In this document: positions 59,701 to 64,000 of the stretch, one piece after another
Layout: every line of letters starts with the position of its first letter
How positions within the stretch are numbered: position 1 is the first letter of the stretch
IMG/VR virus record: IMGVR_UViG_3300022555_003222
Location: 1 to 64,000 of that record
Length of the DNA stretch: 64,000 nt
Source: a virus
Direction: 5' to 3' (one strand)
The notes under the pieces: generated by a model
Told to the model about the DNA's origin: nothing
What the model saw: only the letters and a program-made list of their open reading frames with translations
The model's database searches: none
Made by a program: the position numbers and the translations under genes

Positions 59701-60861
59701 ATCTCTTGTCTGAAACAATGTTCCTTGTCTTAATTCATTTACTTTGCCAACTTGAGAAGCTGCCGCAAACATAAGAGATTGCGTTTCCTTGCCAGCCTTC
59801 ATAAACAATTCATATGTGTTGCTGGCCGCTCCCACAATCCTCTCCATCTGATCTCCAATACCAGATTTTTCTGCTTCAGCCATTAGACCCATTACATTTT
59901 TAGCACTTTGAGAAGTAAGGGTGCCAGCATCTCTCATGGACTTAACAAACTTTTCAGAGCTTTGTACGACCTTTATAAGGTTATCACCAGTCACGCCAGT
60001 CCATCTAGCAACTGTTTGTACATCTCTACCCAATTGAGATGCTTGATTGCTTGTTAGTCCCATTTGCATGTGCCATTTAGCAAATAAATCATTAGTGGAC
60101 TCTGCATTAGAACCGATCATGGTTGCAGTAGACAGACTTGCTTTGGTGACAGTCAACATTTCTTTTTGACTTCTTACGCCACCTTTTAGATTTTTTGTAT
60201 AAGTCTTTTGAAATTCAGACAAATTCATCCCTATTTCTGCCACCACTTTTCCAGTAGCTTGATAGGCTTCTTGCAAACCTCTTGTTTCTGCTGTGATGCC
60301 TTGAGTTTCAAAGGCAACCGCACGCATGTTTCTCATGTAATCCAATTCGTGTGTAAGTACGCCTTCAAACAAACCGCTAAACAAATCAAATTGTCGTATT
60401 ACACCAGTGATGGCAAGAGACATACCAGCGAATGCTGATCCCTTCACTAATTCGCTGTTCATGGTAGTAATAGATTTTAATGACTTTTCTATCTCTGCCA
60501 TGTTCTTAGCGCCATCTTTGCTACCTAAAGCATCTTGTGTAGCGGCCGTGGGATCTTTCTTGCTTGCAACGTTTGCTTTCCCAGTTACCGGAGTAGACTT
60601 TCCAGTGCGAGTGTCTACGATGGCTTTAACCATGTTATCGCCTACGTCTTTGAGAACTTTAATGGTTTCCTCAGAATTTTTGGTTAAATCATCAAGCTTA
60701 TCAACAAGATCTTCTAGTGATTTGTTGCCTTCCTCAGCAACTTTTTGAGTCTTTAGATCGTCTTTATTACTGAGCATTTGGCGCAGAAGGGTTCGCATTT
60801 CATCCATCGATTTTCCGATGGAATCTACTGTCCTTCCAAAAGCATCAGTTAATTCAGACAT
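53797..60861 (-). CDS. Tape measure protein
   Basis: 2354 aa, Ala/Gly/Met-rich and helical, with hydrophobic repeats and MAKGG...VGEKG.E near the C-terminus; upstream of the baseplate genes. Confidence 0.88.
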   Translation of the reverse strand: MSELTDAFGRTVDSIGKSMDEMRTLLRQMLSNKDDLKTQKVAEEGNKSLEDLVDKLDDLTKNSEETIKVLKDVGDNMVKAIVDTRTGKSTPVTGKANVASKKDPTAATQDALGSKDGAKNMAEIEKSLKSITTMNSELVKGSAFAGMSLAITGVIRQFDLFSGLFEGVLTHELDYMRNMRAVAFETQGITAETRGLQEAYQATGKVVAEIGMNLSEFQKTYTKNLKGGVRSQKEMLTVTKASLSTATMIGSNAESTNDLFAKWHMQMGLTSNQASQLGRDVQTVARWTGVTGDNLIKVVQSSEKFVKSMRDAGTLTSQSAKNVMGLMAEAEKSGIGDQMERIVGAASNTYELFMKAGKETQSLMFAAASQVGKVNELRQGTLFQTRDGIKATADGMKNLMTQMGWVEDAASKLGGEELAQLNLRLQSAFGLQAGEVDRLIKSLDDGSKGYAERISDINKKLKEQNLTAEERLNLEKQGKKLAEDKGFEFLNAVEEAAKGAKSMDEAINKTFAKNKDMASDLGAMGVNLKSNMSAMQGAAMLSAKSIKEAGGKDFTKDIQKALSSGDMGKMREVIQAMHAESRKANVDQKKSLDPMSKMEQTLDLINESIRGFTGPMVRYFAGFALKLIYLGATLASAYSVLRSMEVGMKVVSDHFAKEDGVKGMDDPAGSGGIKGFIGGLVNKLKGGKTPGEKVAGGPGAEKQLTLFDMGAEKGPGGGLAAAGDMAKKYLGEAKTTALGVVNTLRDKLGKAAEGDTLFGKMIKGFRDRFNEITSKDGILGKAAQGFKDRFNDMTSKDGMLGKAAQGFKDRFNDMTSKDGMLGKATQGFKKRFGDMTNKDGVLGKAAKGFKDRWSKMFGGAGAAEKGGVAAGAAEKTQGTFDFAKAGPGDIGEGIRSSVVAGFKKLKSKFTNMNDKKGMLGMFKESLTKLKTKILPKTMEAAEAPTPGAGGGAIAEPKVPEIPSMKDMAKMGPSMLKIAAAVAVVGAAMLILVKIVGALGIDSGQVIETTKTIGAILVGAALIITAAGAAALAMKEVGKNVDAIKKAIPDMIKGAIVMAVLAPVMVLFAAGLIGFIDAMLGVMGIDAGKAEEVASNVAGILMSAGKILVATALAALVLVGVGTVASMLWGPQGWVFLGLMAAGAAALLVLAPVMVLLATSVVKFCDWVMGAIGVDASMAASVADEVSNILGSAASILWTTAKSAAMFLALGVAMALCIGPQGLILLRLMSLGAVALMVLAPVMAGLSASVVNFCNEVMGSIGIDAGTASQVADEVSGILGSAASILSSTAKSAAMFLALGVAMALCVGPQGLILLKLMSLGAVALMVMAPVMAYLAGSVVKFCMDVMRSIGIDGATAKAAAEDVETILNSAYEIMQSIGKAAAVFLGAGAATYMLIGPQGLILGGLMLLGAAALMFIGPKIAALAAGIAMMVVSVLRSNIPNPNVLKTATQVMQDISTMVEALGNTIGTMTQVLVPMVAANYWKFWDTRSPLQVLQDASGGIYDGLSVLFDFLGETGDRSIIPMLIENFPNTSDVKTAGQVLQDVAVMAAAIGQALDVTAKALIPLTQSSGILFFSTPSTFDQLNQKAIDNMKDGLSRVFAFLGSPVDGKGDSIIAMLIKNFPNTSDVKTAGQVMQDVAMMASGIATALDVTAKSLIPLTKSSGILFFSKPSTFDQLNEKTITIMKDGLSRVFAFLGSPVDGKGDSIIAMLIKNFPNTSDVKTAGQVMEDVAMMASGIATALDVTAKSLIPLTQSSGILFFSTPSMFDQLNDKTMSTMREGLSKIFAFLGSPVDGKGDSIIAMLIKNFPNTNDVKTAAQVMEDVATMAISMSAALDATSKQLGPLVEEPAWYNFWRESPFTTLEKMTEPIKTGFGQLANFINSSILEEVDKLPETNKMRDAANKLSAVADAMLSMSAALQAMGDAAKGFKSKRAMNLADGGFWSTITGLFGFGGGASGADIGKGLLNPSSAEKAQASIDDARKKTETTGDKIKDSLYKKGVQAQAQDVNKSAKQTEGVVGDNMSGATEALQSSLEEFNGGIDKSVDDVKSSLERAKNKVSGVEAAAAAGGAAGEAAASAGKGGWGQTGQAGSGWGKPSSWSNSKATGVNNATSTNNIPTYKSDLQESEATLAQREKDKVSFRDALQFSGNDTPAEYGGGGGGGGGGGSGGGGWGQKTRWGMAKGGSFVAKQATPLTVGEKGLERVTVTPGNNIPDLETKTASMAEAAANKAAMTIPAARAGGIQSSPLSDAYDRMGQQQAGAEAGTQQIKSDELVSIDNATNKQVEHLGDIHETLQDIKRLLTPNLGSMSGASPTPLAGSTAPQTSSFGSTDYGKWQFGRHGGNANSQVLNDGTS
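55432..56290 (-). repeat. 279-bp (93-aa) repeats in the tape measure gene
   Basis: TGTGTTTGG (NFPNT) recurs at 55432, 55711, 55990 and 56269. Confidence 0.9.
56666..57480 (-). repeat. 267-bp (89-aa) hydrophobic repeats in the tape measure gene
   Basis: CCTTGTGG (GPQG) recurs at 56666, 56933, 57200 and 57467. Confidence 0.9.
58300..58600 (-). repeat. 63-bp (21-aa) repeats in the tape measure gene
   Basis: About five GKAAQGFKDRFNDMTSKDGML-like units. Confidence 0.9.
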
Positions 60862-61517
60862 TATTGATTAGTCTCCATTGAGCCCAAAGGTGCCTTTGCT
60901 GCAATTGTTGGTACATTGGGGAATGCTCCCGCCTGTTCGGATGAAGAGGGAGGTGCCTCGGGAGTATATAGTGATTTGCCTTCTTTCATTTGTTTGGCTT
61001 GAATATTTACTTGTCTCAATTGGGCTTTTATAGCGTTTCGCATTATTTGCACTTGATTAATATCAAATGTTCTAGACATGGTGATGACCTGCAATAGGAA
61101 TTGAGCATTGAATTTTTTGACTTGTCTAATTCCATCCCATTTGTATTCTCTGAACCCCAAATCTACTATAGCCCTGTCTCCTTTGATGGCTTGATAAGAA
61201 AACGCTGTTTTATCACCCCAGGCTTGAATTAATCTTCGTATGTCAAAAAATGTCAAATAATTTAAGTTAATTCCTTTTATTCTTTCTCCTTGCTTTACAC
61301 GGGTGACAATTATCATTGGATAAGGATCACGCTTTCTAAACAAGTAATTAAAGGTAATTAAACTTCCTTCTTTAACAATGGGATCAACAGGAGCACCAGG
61401 ATCGGTAGCATTGGGACTACGTTTGCCAACAGATTGAAATAAACTTTGTGCAAAAGTATTGGTAGGCGTACTAGCCGTTAATACCGGATTATTTGGACCT
61501 GTTCCTATCCTTGTCAT
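60861..61517 (-). CDS. DNA end-protector-like protein (T4 gp2-like)
   Basis: GSLITFNY...DPYPMIIV...GINLNYL resembles the gp2 core. Confidence 0.6.
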   Translation of the reverse strand: MTRIGTGPNNPVLTASTPTNTFAQSLFQSVGKRSPNATDPGAPVDPIVKEGSLITFNYLFRKRDPYPMIIVTRVKQGERIKGINLNYLTFFDIRRLIQAWGDKTAFSYQAIKGDRAIVDLGFREYKWDGIRQVKKFNAQFLLQVITMSRTFDINQVQIMRNAIKAQLRQVNIQAKQMKEGKSLYTPEAPPSSSEQAGAFPNVPTIAAKAPLGSMETNQ

Positions 61518-61519
61518 AA

Positions 61520-62014
61520 TTAACTTCTGCTGTGAACCAAGTTAGCATAATCTGTTGCCCCACCGGATTTAACCATAACATTACCCCACGGGTCACTCTT
61601 CTTATCAAATTCCGAAGCTCGCAGATCTTTCTCTGCTTTACCACTTCGCTTAAAGAAAGCAGCCACTTCTTCGCCAATAGCTTTCATAACCTCTTTACCC
61701 GCTTTTTCTTCATGCACATTATCAGCGATGAGATCGTTATACATGCTTTCCACATCAAGCATATAAGCGGTGCCATAAGGATGGGTGCTGGCTTCTTTTT
61801 GAATTCGATAGGCCATAGTTCCAGCTATTTTATATATGCGAATACCATCGAAAGATGTTTGCCCGCCCGGATTTTTGGCAAACACATACGGATCTTCCTC
61901 TTCACAGAAATTTTGTGTGGTTACACCATGTTTCCTTAAAACCTTTTCGATAATTTTTAATTGTCGCTTAGATTCTCTGGTTTTCTTGTCAACGAATTCA
62001 CGAAATGTTTTCAT
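61520..62014 (-). CDS. Hypothetical protein with a capsid-targeting-like N-terminus (MKTFREFV)
   Basis: AGGAG SD; 164 aa. Confidence 0.75.
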   Translation of the reverse strand: MKTFREFVDKKTRESKRQLKIIEKVLRKHGVTTQNFCEEEDPYVFAKNPGGQTSFDGIRIYKIAGTMAYRIQKEASTHPYGTAYMLDVESMYNDLIADNVHEEKAGKEVMKAIGEEVAAFFKRSGKAEKDLRASEFDKKSDPWGNVMVKSGGATDYANLVHSRS

Positions 62015-62021
62015 ATCACTC

Positions 62022-63341
62022 CTAGCATTGTTTCATCAAGATATCATGGGTTGAATACACGCATCGCTGTAACACTTTTAGATCACTGGGATTTCCTTGA
62101 TAAGGAACTTCCTTAAACACCATGCCAGTGCCCATTGCCGAAGATGCTTCTTTTAACGTAGGCAAAGCGGCTGTCAAAAACAGCATGCCGTCTCTACGCT
62201 GCATAAATTCCACTTCATCTTTTTCTGGTTGGCCATTTTCATCTTGCTGGCCGGTTTCTTTTACGAAATATATGTTTAGATCAATAAACGGAATGATCTC
62301 GCCTTCGTCCGTAATCATAGCCTCAGAATTATCCGAATGTCGTGTGCGGACCACTAATTTGCCTTGAGCGTATGCTGCTCTTAATGATGTGGCAATATCC
62401 CAACCCAATGCAAAAATAGTTCCATCTTCATCTACAGTATGAACAACATATGCTCGTTGATTAAACTTATCAGCAATAGACTCTGCTACGACTCGACGAC
62501 GAAGCACGTCTTTTTCTTCTGGACTGCCTTCACCAAGTCTCTTGAGTTCTGGCTCCTTGAGATACCTTTCGGCATCATCTTCTCTTAGGCTCCAATCGCC
62601 AATAAACACTTTGCCCCACTTAGAATTGAAACGAGTGCTTAACATGATTGAGTATTCTTTATCATTGAAAACCACGTCGGCTTTATCTGCACCACTACCC
62701 ACTTGCACACCACCCAAGAGGGCAGCGATAAATTTGCGATGCAAATCTCCCTTCAATCCTTCATAGCCATTGAGTTTAACGAATATGTTATTTAACAATG
62801 GCACCGTTTCTAACACTTGACATAAATGATTCACTACAGAAACAGCAGGATTATTACGATCAAGCTGTTCTTTAATCAATTTTCTAATTTCTTTTGATGC
62901 TTTGTCTATGTTGGCATTTAATCTAAGGGTCTGTACATTTAGATTATCATCTACAAATTTGCGTTGATACGGCAATAAGTGTCGATCACTTTCACGAATC
63001 TGTTTCAGCATATCAATTAACTTCTGTGCATCACCTTTGATAGATTCTTTGAAGTATTGTTTCTTGAATTGTTCAAAATCACCTTCATCCGGTGGTTCGG
63101 GCATATCAGGCCCTTGCGGATCTTGAGTTACATCGGGCGGCTGTTGATCTGGTTGTGGTTGATCTTGGCCGGGCTGATTTGCCACATTGGGATCAGGTGG
63201 TTGACCCTGTTGTGGTGGCGGTCCCATATTGCCTGCGGGAGAACTGCTTGGAGCACCACCAGCGGCCGGATCGGGCTGACCTCCTAAAGCTGGAGTGTCT
63301 GCTTCCATCAACCAATCATCTAAATTATATCTATTACTCAT
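62022..63341 (-). CDS. Hypothetical protein with a Pro/Gln-rich N-terminal region
   Basis: Start MSNRYNLDDWLME after an AGGGG SD. Confidence 0.75.
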   Translation of the reverse strand: MSNRYNLDDWLMEADTPALGGQPDPAAGGAPSSSPAGNMGPPPQQGQPPDPNVANQPGQDQPQPDQQPPDVTQDPQGPDMPEPPDEGDFEQFKKQYFKESIKGDAQKLIDMLKQIRESDRHLLPYQRKFVDDNLNVQTLRLNANIDKASKEIRKLIKEQLDRNNPAVSVVNHLCQVLETVPLLNNIFVKLNGYEGLKGDLHRKFIAALLGGVQVGSGADKADVVFNDKEYSIMLSTRFNSKWGKVFIGDWSLREDDAERYLKEPELKRLGEGSPEEKDVLRRRVVAESIADKFNQRAYVVHTVDEDGTIFALGWDIATSLRAAYAQGKLVVRTRHSDNSEAMITDEGEIIPFIDLNIYFVKETGQQDENGQPEKDEVEFMQRRDGMLFLTAALPTLKEASSAMGTGMVFKEVPYQGNPSDLKVLQRCVYSTHDILMKQC

Positions 63342-63834
63342 CTGAATTACCCCTTGCTTGTTTTCTGGCCTTTCTTTGCGCATTACTTAGATCTTGAATC
63401 AATTGCTTCTTCCCGCTATTAATATTGATGGTATTATTCTGCTTTGCCGCCAAATATCTGGGAAACGTATCTTTATCTTTCATTTTTATACGTGTCATTA
63501 ACTCGGCTATCTTTGCCATTTTATCATTGGCATCTGATCTGATTTTCAAAAAGTTTACTAATGCTTCTTTACTAGCAGAGGAGGCATCCCCACCATTAAT
63601 AACCATTTCAGCAAATTGTTCCATGAAATCACTGGCTTTTTCTCGATCATCTCTAAGATTAACTAATATTTCATTATAAGCACCCAACAAAGTCTCATCG
63701 CTAACTAGTGGATTTTCTGGTTGATCGGAGACTGCTGGCACGTTAACATTCATAGCGGGAATCAAAGATTGGATCTCTCCATCATCAGAAACTTCCTGCA
63801 CAATTGTTTCTAGCGGGTTTTTATCTTGGCTCAT
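63334..63834 (-). CDS. Helical protein, candidate terminase small subunit (gp16-like)
   Basis: Two long helices followed by QNNTINI, similar in layout to gp16; CTATATA 6 nt before the ATG. Confidence 0.45.
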   Translation of the reverse strand: MSQDKNPLETIVQEVSDDGEIQSLIPAMNVNVPAVSDQPENPLVSDETLLGAYNEILVNLRDDREKASDFMEQFAEMVINGGDASSASKEALVNFLKIRSDANDKMAKIAELMTRIKMKDKDTFPRYLAAKQNNTININSGKKQLIQDLSNAQRKARKQARGNSDE

Positions 63835-63885
63835 GATAAATATATAGGTCAGGGAACTTAGATTCTTCCATATAATAGGAATAGC

Positions 63886-64000
63886 ATGAAGACATTCAAA
63901 GAATGGTTAATAATACAAGAAACGTCACACCTTGGATATCCATCAACATCATATGGCCAAGGCATGAGACAACAAGAACCAAATTTGTTCAAACGTGTGG
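63886..64000 (+). CDS. 5' end of a protein starting MKTFKEWLIIQE (runs off the window; not in the ORF track)
   Basis: ATG 63886 preceded by AGGA; frame open to the window end. Confidence 0.7.
   Translation, partial: MKTFKEWLIIQETSHLGYPSTSYGQGMRQQEPNLFKRV

Noticed and set aside
1-64000. Stop-codon reassignment as in some jumbo phages
   Set aside because: Core genes are intact in the standard code, and TAA, TAG and TGA all end plausible genes.
1-64000. tRNA or rRNA genes
   Set aside because: Intergenic gaps are short and no cloverleaf/T-loop signature was recognised by eye; tRNAscan would be needed to exclude them formally.

Overview
This window is a 64 kb piece of a large T4-like (myovirus-type, probably jumbo) phage genome read in the standard genetic code. 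It carries a head module: gp23 major capsid, gp22-like scaffold, gp21 protease, gp20 portal with an intein and gp17 terminase. It also carries a baseplate/tail module: gp6, gp7-like, gp25, gp5-like spike, gp27-like hub, gp53, tube initiator, a 2354-aa tape measure, a gp2-like end protector and three paralogous PKD-type fibre genes. Between these lies an accessory region with a primase, a Cas4/AddB-like nuclease, an actin-fold ATPase, a GT9 and other glyco-enzymes, a thermolysin-like protease, a lipoprotein and a free-standing LAGLIDADG endonuclease. The most striking unexplained pattern is that about ten unrelated ORFs begin with a peptide resembling the T4 capsid-targeting sequence (e.g. MKTFKEWLIIQE, MRSFQEYVVLRE, MKHFTNWIE). 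These include an ArfB ribosome-rescue factor, a cyclic-phosphate-processing receiver-like protein and an Acb1-like 2H phosphoesterase. Several of the tagged genes sit 4-6 nt behind a late-promoter-like TA[A/T/G]ATA box. This suggests a virion-packaged, injected counter-defence and translation-rescue kit. All family calls come from motif recognition by eye; no database searches were run.
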